From Patescibacteria group bacterium (GTDB taxonomy: Bacteria; Patescibacteriota; Patescibacteriia; UBA1558; GWA2-36-10): a stretch of DNA of 64,000 bases. A model generated the notes under the pieces. That model did no database searches. It had not been told where the DNA came from and worked only from the letters and a program-made list of their open reading frames with translations. The position numbers were made by a program, and so were the translations under genes. The stretch is from positions 226,097 through 290,096 of the forward strand of contig JAHJQF010000001.1 in assembly GCA_018819405.1 (NCBI GenBank), read 5' to 3'. Shown piece after piece: positions 21,559 through 35,718 of this stretch (positions are counted from its first letter, which is position 1; every line of letters begins with the position of its first letter).

Positions 21559-22641
21559 ATGCAAAAAATAAAGGCAATAATATTGCCCCTTATCATATAT
21601 ACTCTTATATTTAATCCATTTTCTGTCCGAGCTCAAGAAACTCGAGACATTGTTTTTCCGATTGAAAGCGGCTGGGATTATAATTTTAATGATAGTTATG
21701 GTGATCCTCGCAGCGGTGGTCGCACTCATGAAGGAATAGATATTATGGTAGATCAGATGACACCACTGGTAGCCGCAGTAAATGGTAGAGTGTCATATAT
21801 AGTAGAGAGCGATAAAGGTTGGGGATTGGCAATATATATTGAGGATAGTGAAGGCTATTCATATAGATACTTACATATCAACAATGACACTCCTGGCACA
21901 GATGACGGCAAAGAAATTAGAGTTTATGCTTTTCCAAGTAATATAGTCAGAGGAGCGCAGGTGGCGGCTGGTCAGGTCATTGCTTTTGCCGGAGATAGTG
22001 GCAATGCTGAGTATGCTGGACACCATCTTCATTTTGAAATATGGACACCTAGTAGACAATCTATAAACTCATATCAATCCTTGATGGCGGCTCTTGGTCA
22101 GTCAGTAGCTACAGATGAAACGGAGGTATCTACGCCTACATATCAGTTTTCCAGAGATTTAGAATTGGGTGATGAAGGATTAGATGTCAAAGAACTGCAA
22201 AAATATTTGAATAGCCACGGCTTTGTGGTATCAACATCAGGAGCAGGCTCACCGGGCAATGAAACTATTTATTTTGGTCCGGCCACTCAAGCGGCTCTTA
22301 TAAATTTTCAAAAGGACAATGGTATTAGTCCAGCGGTCGGGTATTTTGGCCCACTGACTAGAAATGTGATAAATAGCAGTCAAGCAATCAGTAATAATAC
22401 AGTTACAGAAAATATTGGCACAATCAGCAATCCAGTAAACAATCAGTATTTGCAGGCTGGTTGGCTGGTCAGAGATAAAATATTGCCAAAAGTATTTTAT
22501 GTAGCTAATAATCTAGAACTACAGTGGATAGTCAGTGAAGAAGTAGCTGTCAGAGAGTTTGGTCCAAACTGGTATCTGACTATAAAATATTTTGATGATT
22601 TGGAGGGTCAAGGCTTTAGTTTTGGTGATTACTTACAATAA
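21559..22641 (+). CDS. M23 peptidase with peptidoglycan-binding domain
   Basis: Signal peptide; HEGIDI, HLHFE; PG_binding_1 (DVKELQKYLN...FGPATQAAL..FQ). Confidence 0.88.
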   Translation: MQKIKAIILPLIIYTLIFNPFSVRAQETRDIVFPIESGWDYNFNDSYGDPRSGGRTHEGIDIMVDQMTPLVAAVNGRVSYIVESDKGWGLAIYIEDSEGYSYRYLHINNDTPGTDDGKEIRVYAFPSNIVRGAQVAAGQVIAFAGDSGNAEYAGHHLHFEIWTPSRQSINSYQSLMAALGQSVATDETEVSTPTYQFSRDLELGDEGLDVKELQKYLNSHGFVVSTSGAGSPGNETIYFGPATQAALINFQKDNGISPAVGYFGPLTRNVINSSQAISNNTVTENIGTISNPVNNQYLQAGWLVRDKILPKVFYVANNLELQWIVSEEVAVREFGPNWYLTIKYFDDLEGQGFSFGDYLQ

Positions 22642-22789
22642 AACAGCCGCTAGCGGTTGTTTTATTGTTTTGTCTTTACATTGACTAATTCCTTTTTTTG
22701 GGGCAAAATATAGGATATGCGCTTAGTTAGAAATTCTAATATTCTTTCTAATGAGGTGTATAAATTTGTAAATATTAATCTCTAATGAG

Positions 22790-24352
22790 GTGCAAAAGAC
22801 AGTTTTAATCACCGGTGGAGCTGGTTTTATAGGCTCTCATTTATGCGACTATTTTATAAATCAAGGGCACCAAGTAATTTGTGTTGATTCTTTTTTTTCT
22901 GGCAAAAAAGAAAATATTGTTCATCTTTTAGCTAACAAAAATTTTAAACTTATTAGACATAATATTATAGAAGCTATAAGAGAAAAATTTGATAGTCTTG
23001 ATGAGGTCTATAATCTAGCTTGTCCAGCTAGCCCGGTGCAATATCAGTTTGACCCAATTCTTACTATGCGTACTTCAGTTGATGGAACACGCAATATGCT
23101 GGATCTGGCTAGAAAGTATAATGCCAAGTTTTTACAATTTTCTACTTCAGAAGTTTATGGTGATCCACTAGAGCATCCACAAAAAGAAGAATATTTTGGT
23201 AACGTTGATCCACTTGGTAAGCGCTCCTGCTATGATGAAGGTAAACGGGCTGCCGAGTCGCTTTGTAAAGATTATCACGAACAATATGGAGTGGATGCTA
23301 GGATTATCAGGCTCTTTAATGTTTATGGTCCACGTATGATGTTTAATGACGGCAGAGTCATATCAAATTTTATTTTGCAGGCGGCACTTGGTGAAGATAT
23401 CACTGTACATGGTACTGGTCATCAGTCCAGAAGTTTTATGTATATTGATGATCTGATAGTAGCGGTTGACAGGCTTATGGTGTTGCCACAAGAGAGACTG
23501 GGTTTTATGCCAATCAATCTTGGTAATCCAGATGAAAGGACGATTGAAAGTTTGGCACAAAGTGTCAAAGATGCGGCTGGTAGTATTAGTAATATTGTTT
23601 ATATAAATTATGATAGTATTCCGGAGCGTTGGGGTGACCCCCAAAAAAGATGTCCGGACATCAGTCGGGCTAAAAAATTGCTTGATTGGGAACCGCAAAT
23701 TGATTTTGATGAGGGTCTTAGTAAAACCATAGTAGATTTTAAGAGCCGCTTGGGCAATCAGACAAAAGTAGTGGCTTTTGCAACTAGTTATTATCCGGTA
23801 GAAGGACCGGTTGAAAAAGCTGTAAAAAATATTACGGATGACCTTTTGGGTTATGAGGTAGATATGCTCGTTGCCAAAATGAAACCGGGTATAAAAAATG
23901 AAGAAAAGATAGGCAATGTAAATGTCTACAGAATTGGACTGGGTAATAATTTTGATAAATATCTTTTTCCTTTTATTGCGCCATTTCGAGCAATAAAATT
24001 ACATAAAAAAAGAGACTACCAAGCGGCTTGGGGTATTATGGCCAGCTATGGATCATTGGCGGCTGTAATATTTTCTATTTTATCAAATCGAGCTCTTTTG
24101 GTGAGTCTGTATGAAGGAACAATAAAAGATGAACGGGCTTTAAAAAGAAGGGTACTAAAGCCTTTTTACCGTTTGATATTTAAGAGGGCTCATTATATGC
24201 AGGTAGTTGGCGAGCTTAGTCAACAACAGCTGGCCTGGCTGGAGGATGATAGTACTACTGAGGGAGTGGATATGGAAAAAGGTTGGGAGTACGTTGCCAA
24301 AAAAACTAAGGAAAAATTTCAGGAACTTGAAATACTCAGTTCCCGTTTATAA
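22790..24352 (+). CDS. UDP-glucuronate decarboxylase-like SDR with C-terminal GT4 N-domain-like extension
   Basis: TGGAGFIGSH, LACPASP, STSEVYGDP, CYDEGKR; extra ~200 aa. Confidence 0.85.
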   Translation: MQKTVLITGGAGFIGSHLCDYFINQGHQVICVDSFFSGKKENIVHLLANKNFKLIRHNIIEAIREKFDSLDEVYNLACPASPVQYQFDPILTMRTSVDGTRNMLDLARKYNAKFLQFSTSEVYGDPLEHPQKEEYFGNVDPLGKRSCYDEGKRAAESLCKDYHEQYGVDARIIRLFNVYGPRMMFNDGRVISNFILQAALGEDITVHGTGHQSRSFMYIDDLIVAVDRLMVLPQERLGFMPINLGNPDERTIESLAQSVKDAAGSISNIVYINYDSIPERWGDPQKRCPDISRAKKLLDWEPQIDFDEGLSKTIVDFKSRLGNQTKVVAFATSYYPVEGPVEKAVKNITDDLLGYEVDMLVAKMKPGIKNEEKIGNVNVYRIGLGNNFDKYLFPFIAPFRAIKLHKKRDYQAAWGIMASYGSLAAVIFSILSNRALLVSLYEGTIKDERALKRRVLKPFYRLIFKRAHYMQVVGELSQQQLAWLEDDSTTEGVDMEKGWEYVAKKTKEKFQELEILSSRL

Positions 24353-24375
24353 TAAAATAAAAAAACAAAAACAAA

Positions 24376-24786
24376 ATGCCATTTAGACACGCTTGGAACT
24401 TTGCCAAAGAAAACAATAAACAAATCGCCAAGTATGCCACAGTTGGTTTGACAGCGGGCGTAGTTGATTTTTCAATTTTATTTATTTTGACTGATTTGGC
24501 AGGCTGGCATTATCTTGTTTCCGCCACATTTTCTTTTATATTGTCAGCTTTGGTAAATTATACTCTCAATCGTATTTGGACTTTTCGATCCAATGGAAAA
24601 CGCCGCAAGCAATTGCCGGTATTTTTTATTATTGCTACTTTAGGACTGCTCATAAACAACAATATGATGTATATATCAGTTGAGCATTGGGGGTTTCATT
24701 ATTTAGTTGCCAAAATTTTAGCTTCAGCTCTGGTTACTTTTTGGAATTTTTTTGGTAATAAATATTTTACTTTCAGGATAAAATAG
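24376..24786 (+). CDS. GtrA family membrane protein
   Basis: KYATVG, NYTLNRIWTF, WNFFGNKYFTF. Confidence 0.9.
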   Translation: MPFRHAWNFAKENNKQIAKYATVGLTAGVVDFSILFILTDLAGWHYLVSATFSFILSALVNYTLNRIWTFRSNGKRRKQLPVFFIIATLGLLINNNMMYISVEHWGFHYLVAKILASALVTFWNFFGNKYFTFRIK

Positions 24787-24859
24787 TTACTAGATTATGT
24801 TTGGGTTAAAAAAGAGACCCGCGGTCGAGCTAAGCTCGACCGCGGGCTTTTTGGGCCTT

Positions 24860-25588
24860 TCAGTCTGGGTGTTGCCAGTCTAGGCTGTGTATGTAGGTGG
24901 CCAGTTGGAGAGAAAATTCTTCCAACTTGGCCTGGAAAAGGTCGCCATTGGGTGGCAACTGTTCGCTCTGGTGGAAGAACTCGACCAAAAGCGGTATAGA
25001 AAATTCGAAGAGCAGCTGCTTGGCCGTAGGATTGGGGGAAATCTGGCTAATCTTCTCGGCGCTATCGCCAAGAACCTTACCGAAGATTGATAAATCCGAA
25101 AGGCTGGTAGCTTCATGAAAAAAGATCAAGAGCTTTTCCTCTATGGATAAGCTCAGCCCATGTAGGCTAGCCTTTTTCTCGGAGCTGGACAACTCCAGCT
25201 TGCCTGGCCCGTATTGGTAATAGATGCGGCAGTAGCTGTAGTAGCTCGTGTCCTCGGCACAGTAGTATCCGTAGAAGGCAAAAGTCTGGGTGGAATCCAT
25301 CTGGGTGGGTATGGGGTAGTAGGGCTTATCCAGCAACCAGACAGCGTAGCTCTGGTCGTGGTAGCGGTTGTGGGCTGATAGTCCAGTCAATTGAGCTAGG
25401 CGGGCGGCATCTGGCCACTCGTTTTTTTCCTGGTGTTCTGCGATTGCTTGCTGGCAGATCGTCCTGGCAATAGAGCCGGTCAAAGCCCCAGCGCTTTCTG
25501 CTTTGCCGAGAGTGATCTTGCTGCTAGTGGCACAGCCAGTCAGCAGGCAGGCCATTATGATGATAAGGAACAGTTTAACACGATTCAT
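24860..25588 (-). CDS. Putative lipoprotein (GC-rich)
   Basis: AAGGAG SD, lipobox LLTGC; flanked by hairpins at 24814-24850 and 25685-25715. Confidence 0.65.
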   Translation of the reverse strand: MNRVKLFLIIIMACLLTGCATSSKITLGKAESAGALTGSIARTICQQAIAEHQEKNEWPDAARLAQLTGLSAHNRYHDQSYAVWLLDKPYYPIPTQMDSTQTFAFYGYYCAEDTSYYSYCRIYYQYGPGKLELSSSEKKASLHGLSLSIEEKLLIFFHEATSLSDLSIFGKVLGDSAEKISQISPNPTAKQLLFEFSIPLLVEFFHQSEQLPPNGDLFQAKLEEFSLQLATYIHSLDWQHPD

Positions 25589-25768
25589 CGGATTCTCCTT
25601 CGTTTGTGGTGTTACAGGGTGAATGGCGATGGGGGAGGAAAACACTTTATATTATACATTAATTATGTTTTTGTCAAAAATAATAAACCCGGCCGCGCTT
25701 GGCGCGGCCGGGTTTATTATTTATTTTATCTATATCATTTTTTTGAATTCTTCAGCCCTTCGCTACGC

Positions 25769-26740
25769 TCAGGATTTCGCCAATATTTTTTTAAAGTCCT
25801 CAACCATAGGGACCTGTTCGGATTCTAATCCATATCCTTGTGAAGTATAGTAGGCGGCCCAATCAGCTGTCAGGGCACTGGCAAATATTTGAAACCATTT
25901 ATTTTTGCCAGATAGTTTTAGGTTGGTGACAGGTAGTTTCCTTTTTTTGTATAGCTTGTCCATGACCTGCATTCTTTTTTGAATCTGTTTATGGTCATTG
26001 TCATCATGAATAAATATAAAAGAAAAATTTTTGGAAAGACTTTTGGTAGTAGTTGCCACATCAAATCCGGTCATTTCATTGTGGTTCATTTCCGGCAGGA
26101 CATTATAAAAAGCAGGAATTTTTCCGGTTTCATTAAATTTTATTTTCCATAAATAGGCTAATATTTCATTATTGGTAGAGGCATATATCACAGGAACTTT
26201 ATTTTTTAATGATTTAGCCAATTTTTTGCCGCGAGTTTCGTAGCTTTTACCTTTCAAAGTCGTGGCCAAAGTACTGAGCTCTTTATATAATTTGTTTTGG
26301 TTCATAGCTTTGAGCATGGCTAGAGTATTAAAACCCAAGGCGCATCGAGGCTGGATACCAAAATTTGGCATTTGGATATATGGCAAATTATTTTTTTTGG
26401 CAAAAGATATTAATTTACCGCCAGTGGCAATGACTATAATATTTAATTTTTTTTGCTGAGCTTTTTTTAGGCCATCTAAAGACTCCTCGGTATTGCCAGA
26501 GTATGAATTGGCAATTATTAAGTATTGTTTGAGCTCTTTGTCAGACATTGCCGGCAATCCATAGTCTTTGTGAGTAATAATATGTATATTAGGAGCGACA
26601 CTGTTTATAATACCTTGGGCTTGAGCTGAACCACCCATGCCAAGGACGATAAAACGGTCAGATTTTTTGTAAGTTTTTTTATTTTCTATAATGGGTTGAT
26701 ATTCAAATTGTTTTTGAAAATCTAAAAATACTTGGCGCAT
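25769..26740 (-). CDS. Bifunctional phosphoglucose/phosphomannose isomerase
   Basis: GMGGS, SYSGNTEE, QPR, NETGK, PEMNHNE. Confidence 0.9.
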   Translation of the reverse strand: MRQVFLDFQKQFEYQPIIENKKTYKKSDRFIVLGMGGSAQAQGIINSVAPNIHIITHKDYGLPAMSDKELKQYLIIANSYSGNTEESLDGLKKAQQKKLNIIVIATGGKLISFAKKNNLPYIQMPNFGIQPRCALGFNTLAMLKAMNQNKLYKELSTLATTLKGKSYETRGKKLAKSLKNKVPVIYASTNNEILAYLWKIKFNETGKIPAFYNVLPEMNHNEMTGFDVATTTKSLSKNFSFIFIHDDNDHKQIQKRMQVMDKLYKKRKLPVTNLKLSGKNKWFQIFASALTADWAAYYTSQGYGLESEQVPMVEDFKKILAKS

Positions 26741-26744
26741 ATAG

Positions 26745-27704
26745 TTATTTTTTTAATATTTTTAAGGCAGCGTTTACTATATTTGGATAACTGAGTCCAT
26801 ATTTATCCCAAAGATCTTTTGGCTCACCAGATTCACCAAAGCTATCACGAACACCTATCATCATAGTGGGTACTGGAAAATTTTCGGCCAACATTTCTAC
26901 TATTGCTGAGCCCATGCCGCCGGCTACTTGGTGATCTTCCACAGTGATCAAATGTTTGGTTTTTTTGACACTACGCAATATAGTGGCTTTATCCAGTGGC
27001 TTGATAGTGTGGCAATTTATTATTTCTACAGAAATATTTTTTTTCTTTAACTCTTTTTCGGCTAAGAGCGCTTCTTCTAAAATTGGTCCACAGCCAACAA
27101 TGGTTAAATCCTTACCAGTTTTAAGTATATTAGCCCGGCCTATTTTAAAAGGAGGATTATTTGAAGTTATCTCAGCACTAGCTTGCCTAGCAAAACGAAT
27201 ATAAACTGGCCCTTTTATTTTGGCCGCCATAATGGTTGCTTTTTTAGTTTCATTGTAATCAGCTGGGGCAAGTACTGTTATATTTGGCAAAACTCTCATC
27301 AAAGCTATATCTTCTAAAGCCTGATGACTAGCGCCATCTTCACCGACTGAAAGTCCGGTGTGAGAGGCAATTATTTTTACATTGGCCTTTGAATAAGCAA
27401 CACTTACTCTTATTTGATCCCAGTTTCTTCCCGGATTAAAAACGCCAAAGCTAGTGGCATAGACTATTTTATCGGAAAAAGATAGCCCAGCGGCTACACC
27501 CATCATATTTTGTTCGGCTACACCCACTTCTACAAAGCGATTAGGATATTTTTTGGCGAATTTATCTACCCTAGTTGATTCAGCTAAGTCAGCTGACACT
27601 ACTATTACATCTTTATTTTTTTTACCTAGTTCTAAAATACCGTCGCCAAAACCGTCGCGAGTGGATTTTTGTTTGATATTTTTTTCTATATATTTGTTTG
27701 GCAT
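26745..27704 (-). CDS. Transketolase C-terminal subunit
   Basis: STRDGFG, EVGVAEQN, GEDGASHQ, GPVYIR, VEDH. Confidence 0.93.
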   Translation of the reverse strand: MPNKYIEKNIKQKSTRDGFGDGILELGKKNKDVIVVSADLAESTRVDKFAKKYPNRFVEVGVAEQNMMGVAAGLSFSDKIVYATSFGVFNPGRNWDQIRVSVAYSKANVKIIASHTGLSVGEDGASHQALEDIALMRVLPNITVLAPADYNETKKATIMAAKIKGPVYIRFARQASAEITSNNPPFKIGRANILKTGKDLTIVGCGPILEEALLAEKELKKKNISVEIINCHTIKPLDKATILRSVKKTKHLITVEDHQVAGGMGSAIVEMLAENFPVPTMMIGVRDSFGESGEPKDLWDKYGLSYPNIVNAALKILKK

Positions 27705-27775
27705 AATTATTTTGTTTGGCACTTTCGAGCTAGACCAGATCCCGAGCTCTGAGTGTAGCCTAAGGGTTGGGGGGA

Positions 27776-28600
27776 TTAGATGGCGTTTTTTAATTCTTTT
27801 AAGGCTTTTTGGGCTTCATCTTCCTTAGGTGCTTTACCATGCCACTCATATTTATTTTCCATAAATTTTACACCTTTGCCCAAAGTAGTATGAGCAACAA
27901 TAGCTACCGGCCCTTTGGCTTGCTTAGCTTTTTTTAGAGCGGTTATTATTTGTTTTATATTGTGCCCGTTTATTTCTATTACTTGCCAGCCAAAGGCTTG
28001 GTATTTTTTCTTGAGAGAGCCAAGTGGCATTATATTTTTGGTATAGCCGTCAATTTGTATACCATTATTGTCAATTATAGTGATTAGATTATCTAGCCTG
28101 TATTTATTGGCACTCATTACCGCTTCCCAAAGCTGGCCTTCATTGTGCTCACCGTCAGAAGTGACACAATATATTTGATATTTCAGTTTACCCATTTTAG
28201 CTGCCAGAGCCATACCGACTGCTTGAGATATTCCTTGGCCCAATGGTCCAGAACTTGTCTCTATTCCAGCCAGACTACCATAGTGTGGGTGTCCTTGTAA
28301 TTGTGAATTAATTTTTCTTAGACTTTTTAATTTTACCAGAGGGAAGTAACCGCTCCTAGCTAAACTAGAATAAAGAACTGGCGCTATATGTCCATTGGAT
28401 AATATCAGTCTGTCACGATATGGATAGTCTGGCTGTTCTGGAATATGGTTTAAGATATAAAAATATAATACTGTAAAAATATCAGCCATACCCAAGGATC
28501 CGCCCGGATGACCTGATCCAGCACGATATGTCATCTCTATAATATCCTGACGAATTTGATTAGCTAGAGTTTGTAATTGTTTTATAGTTAGCTTAGCCAT
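27776..28600 (-). CDS. Transketolase N-terminal subunit
   Basis: SGHPGGS, LSNGH, LQGHP, GPLGQG, DGE..EG..WEA, WHGK. Confidence 0.93.
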   Translation of the reverse strand: MAKLTIKQLQTLANQIRQDIIEMTYRAGSGHPGGSLGMADIFTVLYFYILNHIPEQPDYPYRDRLILSNGHIAPVLYSSLARSGYFPLVKLKSLRKINSQLQGHPHYGSLAGIETSSGPLGQGISQAVGMALAAKMGKLKYQIYCVTSDGEHNEGQLWEAVMSANKYRLDNLITIIDNNGIQIDGYTKNIMPLGSLKKKYQAFGWQVIEINGHNIKQIITALKKAKQAKGPVAIVAHTTLGKGVKFMENKYEWHGKAPKEDEAQKALKELKNAI

Positions 28601-28717
28601 ATTTACCCTGTTAAATAATTTTTAAACAAAGTTTAAAAATTAAATTCAAATTTTTGTAGATTATATTTTATTATAAATTTAGTATATCAAAATTTGAATT
28701 TATTTAACAGGGTAAAT
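28601..28717. repeat. Inverted-repeat element abutting transketolase start
   Basis: ATTTACCCTGTTAAATA...TATTTAACAGGGTAAAT. Confidence 0.7.
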
Positions 28718-28772
28718 TTTATCATATTTGCGTTATTAAATAAATAAAAAAGCCCCGCATTGCGGGGCTTTT

Positions 28773-29159
28773 TTATTTATTTTTTAATGAATCTCTTATT
28801 TCTCTGAGAAGCAGTATATCTTCTGGAGTTTCTTTGGGTTTGGCCTCTTCTTTTTTCTTTAATTTATTGATTTGTTTGACAGCTATAAATATAGAAAAAG
28901 CAATGATAATAAAATTTACAACTGTATTTATAAACAATCCGTAGTTGAGCGTAATAGCGTTAGAAGTTTCAGTGGCCTTTTTCAAAGTAATAGCCAATTT
29001 GGAAAAATTGACTCCTCCAGTCAGCACACCAATTGGTGGCATGATAATATCATTTACAAAACTAGTGACAATTTTGCCAAAGGCTCCGCCAATAATTACA
29101 CCAACCGCCATATCCATAACATTGCCTCGCATGGCAAATTTTTTGAATTCTTGAAACAT
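28773..29159 (-). CDS. mscL: Large-conductance mechanosensitive channel
   Basis: [28 protein letters not shown]. Confidence 0.96.
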   Translation of the reverse strand: MFQEFKKFAMRGNVMDMAVGVIIGGAFGKIVTSFVNDIIMPPIGVLTGGVNFSKLAITLKKATETSNAITLNYGLFINTVVNFIIIAFSIFIAVKQINKLKKKEEAKPKETPEDILLLREIRDSLKNK

Positions 29160-29164
29160 AGATA

Positions 29165-29602
29165 TTAGTTTAATTCTATTTTTTTGTTTTTTAGTAAAAA
29201 TAGTCCGGATATAAATATAAGGGTAGAGGTAAGTGCTGATAGCATACAATACTGGCAAATAGCGTGTATTACAAATATCTGCAAGTAAACTAAATATAGA
29301 GAAAATACAAAAGCTATAATTGGCAGATAACCCAATACTTTAAAAGCTAATATATGTTTAGTATCCAAGTAAAATACGGCTGTCAAAAAAATAAAAAGAT
29401 AATAAGCCGCTCCAAACAGAGCAATAGGCAGACCAAAAATTTCACTGTACGGGCTAACTAGCACTTCCTGGCAGCCGGAAATAACCGAACAGGCAATATC
29501 TCCAGTATAATGCGATACTGTTAGATACAAGGCGTCAGCAAAGCCAATTAGGCCAAGCGTCAAAAAACCGTAGATTAGTTTATTGTTGTTTTTCAAGCTC
29601 AT
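29165..29602 (-). CDS. Vitamin K epoxide reductase family protein
   Basis: CS...GC..VL.S.YS, CQYC. Confidence 0.92.
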   Translation of the reverse strand: MSLKNNNKLIYGFLTLGLIGFADALYLTVSHYTGDIACSVISGCQEVLVSPYSEIFGLPIALFGAAYYLFIFLTAVFYLDTKHILAFKVLGYLPIIAFVFSLYLVYLQIFVIHAICQYCMLSALTSTLIFISGLFLLKNKKIELN

Positions 29603-30218
29603 TGTTTATTATTTGTCTAAATTTATCATAGCTCAGGGGATTTGCGATTTTTTGTCCATTTAAGAAAAAAGTGGGTGTGCCTTCTACGAGCGCCTGATTG
29701 CCGCTGATTTCATCATCGCGGATAGCATTTTTTATTTCTCGGCTATCCATGTCATTTTTAAATTTTTCTATGTCTAGACCAAGTTGGTTGGCATAATCTA
29801 CAAAAATTTGTTCTGGTTGTTGGGAGTTTGACCAAGTGGATTGATTTTCAAAAAGCAGGTCATGCATTTGCCAAAATTGTCCTTGTTGGCCAGCAGCTTC
29901 TGCTGCTTGAGCAGACAAATTGGCATAAGGATGAATTTGCTCCAATGGATAATGTCGGTAGATTATTTTTATTCTATCGCCAAATTCTTCGGCTAAAGAT
30001 TTGACATGACTATAGTATACTCCACAAGCGGGGCATTGAAAGTCACTATATTCTATCAAACTGACACTAGCGCTCTCATTACCTTTTATCCATTCTTGAT
30101 CAGTTAGTATTGTTGAACCTTCGTTGTTTGGTTTGGCAATTTGAATGATTATTAAGGTCAAAAAAGTTAATACTACAACAATCCCTGACCAAAAAAAGGC
30201 TCTTTGTTTTCCTTTCAT
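29580..30218 (-). CDS. DsbA family thiol-disulfide oxidoreductase
   Basis: EYSDFQCPAC, YRHYPL, GTPTF. Confidence 0.92.
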   Translation of the reverse strand: MKGKQRAFFWSGIVVVLTFLTLIIIQIAKPNNEGSTILTDQEWIKGNESASVSLIEYSDFQCPACGVYYSHVKSLAEEFGDRIKIIYRHYPLEQIHPYANLSAQAAEAAGQQGQFWQMHDLLFENQSTWSNSQQPEQIFVDYANQLGLDIEKFKNDMDSREIKNAIRDDEISGNQALVEGTPTFFLNGQKIANPLSYDKFRQIINNELEKQQ

Positions 30219-30379
30219 ATATATAAATAATTTTAATAATAATTAATAAGTATATTTTACCTCGCACTACTTTCTTAGTCAATAAAACGGTACGAGGTAG
30301 CTATAATTTTTTGATAATAAAAAACTCCCCGTCCTTCTATTGTGTTTGGGACGGGGGAGTTTTGAAAAATTAATTTAAT

Positions 30380-31144
30380 TTATTTTAATATAGAATCAAG
30401 TGAAGCTTTTACACTATCAATTGGCAAAGCGCCAGGGATAGGTACTTTTTGGTCACCTGATATTATGATGCTATATGGAGTACCACGACCACCGGCGGCT
30501 TGAGCCTGACGAGATTGGTCTTGTACTTTAGCGGCATATTTTCCAGAATCCAGACAGCTTTGAAAGTCATTAGCATTCAATCCCATGTTGGATACTACAA
30601 CTCCCAAATCAGCAACCTTGGTTCCAGCTGCAAATACTTTATCCAAGAATTCCCAGAATTTATCATTACCACCTTGTTCACCTACGCACTCGGACGCTTC
30701 AGCTTTTTTGGCAGCTTCAGGATGAAGACTGGTTAGTGGGAAATGTCTATAGACCCAATTAACATCATTGCCGTATTCTTTCATTATTTCATTCATAGTG
30801 TCATGAAATCTTTGACAGAATGGGCAATCTATATCGGAAAATTCAATGATAGAGACCTTGGCATTTTTGTTGCCACGTATCCAGTCTTTGTCTTTATCAA
30901 CTGGCTGAATAGTTATAGCAGCGGCAGCAGCATTATCATTGGTGTTGGCATTTGCTATCTGATTGTTATTATTAGAGTTGGTATTTTTTCCTAAAGAAAA
31001 ATCTTTACCGTTGAGCATCATGCCCAATAAAACAAAGAACCCGATAGCAAACATTACTCCCAAGCCTGAAAGCAAGCCAGCTTTAAAAGCAGCCTTTGGC
31101 TTTAAGTTGTCTATTGGACCCTTGTTACTGTGATGTTGTTCCAT
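30380..31144 (-). CDS. DsbA family thiol-disulfide oxidoreductase
   Basis: EFSDIDCPFC, YRHFPL, GTPY. Confidence 0.92.
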   Translation of the reverse strand: MEQHHSNKGPIDNLKPKAAFKAGLLSGLGVMFAIGFFVLLGMMLNGKDFSLGKNTNSNNNNQIANANTNDNAAAAAITIQPVDKDKDWIRGNKNAKVSIIEFSDIDCPFCQRFHDTMNEIMKEYGNDVNWVYRHFPLTSLHPEAAKKAEASECVGEQGGNDKFWEFLDKVFAAGTKVADLGVVVSNMGLNANDFQSCLDSGKYAAKVQDQSRQAQAAGGRGTPYSIIISGDQKVPIPGALPIDSVKASLDSILK

Positions 31145-31309
31145 ATTTTTGATTTTAGTTAATTATAAAGGTTTGTATATTATATCAACTTTTATTTTGT
31201 ATTACAAATATATTTTTTAGTTTGGGTTTATAAGGATTGACAAAAATCAAAATTTGTGCTATCATACTGCAATATCCCACAAAGGGATGTTTTAATTTAG
31301 CCAAATTTT

Positions 31310-31810
31310 ATGACAACAAAACAGCTAAAGAAAACAATTTATAAGTTGGGAAAAAAGTTAAAAAGCTTATTTTTACTGGTATTTTTACTGGTATTTGGTT
31401 TTCCAGAGTTAGCTTTTTCTGAAGATTTTATAAATAATCAACCAGTTGGGCCAATTCCTAATCAAAGCATCAGAGCCTATTATAATGGTCCTACTTTGCC
31501 AGAAATTCCGCTAAGGTCAGCCAGAAAGACTATGTATATCGTAGTTACAGCTTATAATTCTGAACCTGGCCAGACTGACGATACTCCTTTTATTACTGCT
31601 TTTGGTACTCATGTTAGAGACGGTATTGTAGCCACCAATTTCTTGCCAAAAGGCACAATTGTTCGTTTTCCTGATAAATATGGTGATAAAGAATTTGTAG
31701 TAGAAGACCGCATGAATTCCCGATATTATTATCATATGGATATTTGGATGGCCGAAAAATCTGAAGCTATTAATTTTGGTGCCAAATTCTTAAAAATGGA
31801 GATTTTATAA
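31310..31810 (+). CDS. 3D-domain protein
   Basis: VTAYNS..QTD.TPFITA.G, VVEDRM, HMDIW. Confidence 0.85.
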   Translation: MTTKQLKKTIYKLGKKLKSLFLLVFLLVFGFPELAFSEDFINNQPVGPIPNQSIRAYYNGPTLPEIPLRSARKTMYIVVTAYNSEPGQTDDTPFITAFGTHVRDGIVATNFLPKGTIVRFPDKYGDKEFVVEDRMNSRYYYHMDIWMAEKSEAINFGAKFLKMEIL

Positions 31811-32279
31811 TTTTACCTAAAATTAGAGAAATATTACCATCCTTGCTTCTCCCCCTGATTTAGGGGGAGAAGTGCCTAGGAGACAGGGGCCTGGTATTTG
31901 ACAAGTATTTATTTTTAGTATATAATACGCGTGCTGTAAAAAATTAAACGAAATTATTAGCAAAATAGTAAATGATAGTTAAACTTAAATTCAATAGATA
32001 AAAGGATTTTGGGCAATCAATTTACGTTTGCGTAAAGTCCGCTAACTGCGGATTTTTTAGCACCTTAAAATTAATCGATAGTAAGTAGTTTTTTAAATAA
32101 GTAGGCTTACGCGACTTTTTTAAAAAGCTACTTATTGCCGGTTAAGGCAATTGGACATTGAAAATTGAATAAACAATATCATAAATATCAACAAATGTTT
32201 ATGAGCATCTTTATAAGAAAATATATCTCGTATCCATAAAAAGAGAAAAAATCCATCAAAAGTTTTCAAAATTTTTGAT

Positions 32280-35390
<3,111 letters not shown>

Positions 35391-35435
35391 ATTAAAAATT
35401 TTGGAAGTTTTTGTGGCTTAAGATATATAAAGCTC

Positions 35436-35576
35436 ATGAACATTGATAAACATGCTCGCCTCGCTAAAGCGAGTGCGCAGCGGGCAGGAATGATCAAGAT
35501 AATCTTGATGTTCCTGATCCTGATATTGTTTTTGGGACTGGTAATTTTTATCACTCCCTTAAAACAGTTTGCATAA
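35436..35576 (+). CDS. Small single-TM ORF in the 23S-5S spacer (46 aa)
   Basis: MNIDKHARLAKASAQRAGMIKIILMFLILILFLGLVIFITPLKQFA. Confidence 0.45.
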   Translation: MNIDKHARLAKASAQRAGMIKIILMFLILILFLGLVIFITPLKQFA

Positions 35577-35600
35577 AACAATACCTAAGAAGAGAGTATA

Positions 35601-35718
35601 GTTCTCGTGGCATTAGCGGATTGGTTACACCTGATCCCATCCCGAACTCAGTAGTTAAGCAATCCAGCGCTGATGGTAGTAGGACTTGACTCCTGCGAGA
35701 GTAGGCAGTCGCGAGAAC
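35601..35718 (+). rRNA. rrf: 5S rRNA
   Basis: CACCTGATCCCATCCCGAACTCAG, GATGGTAGT, GAGAGTAGG; terminal stem GTTCTCG/CGAGAAC. Confidence 0.95.
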
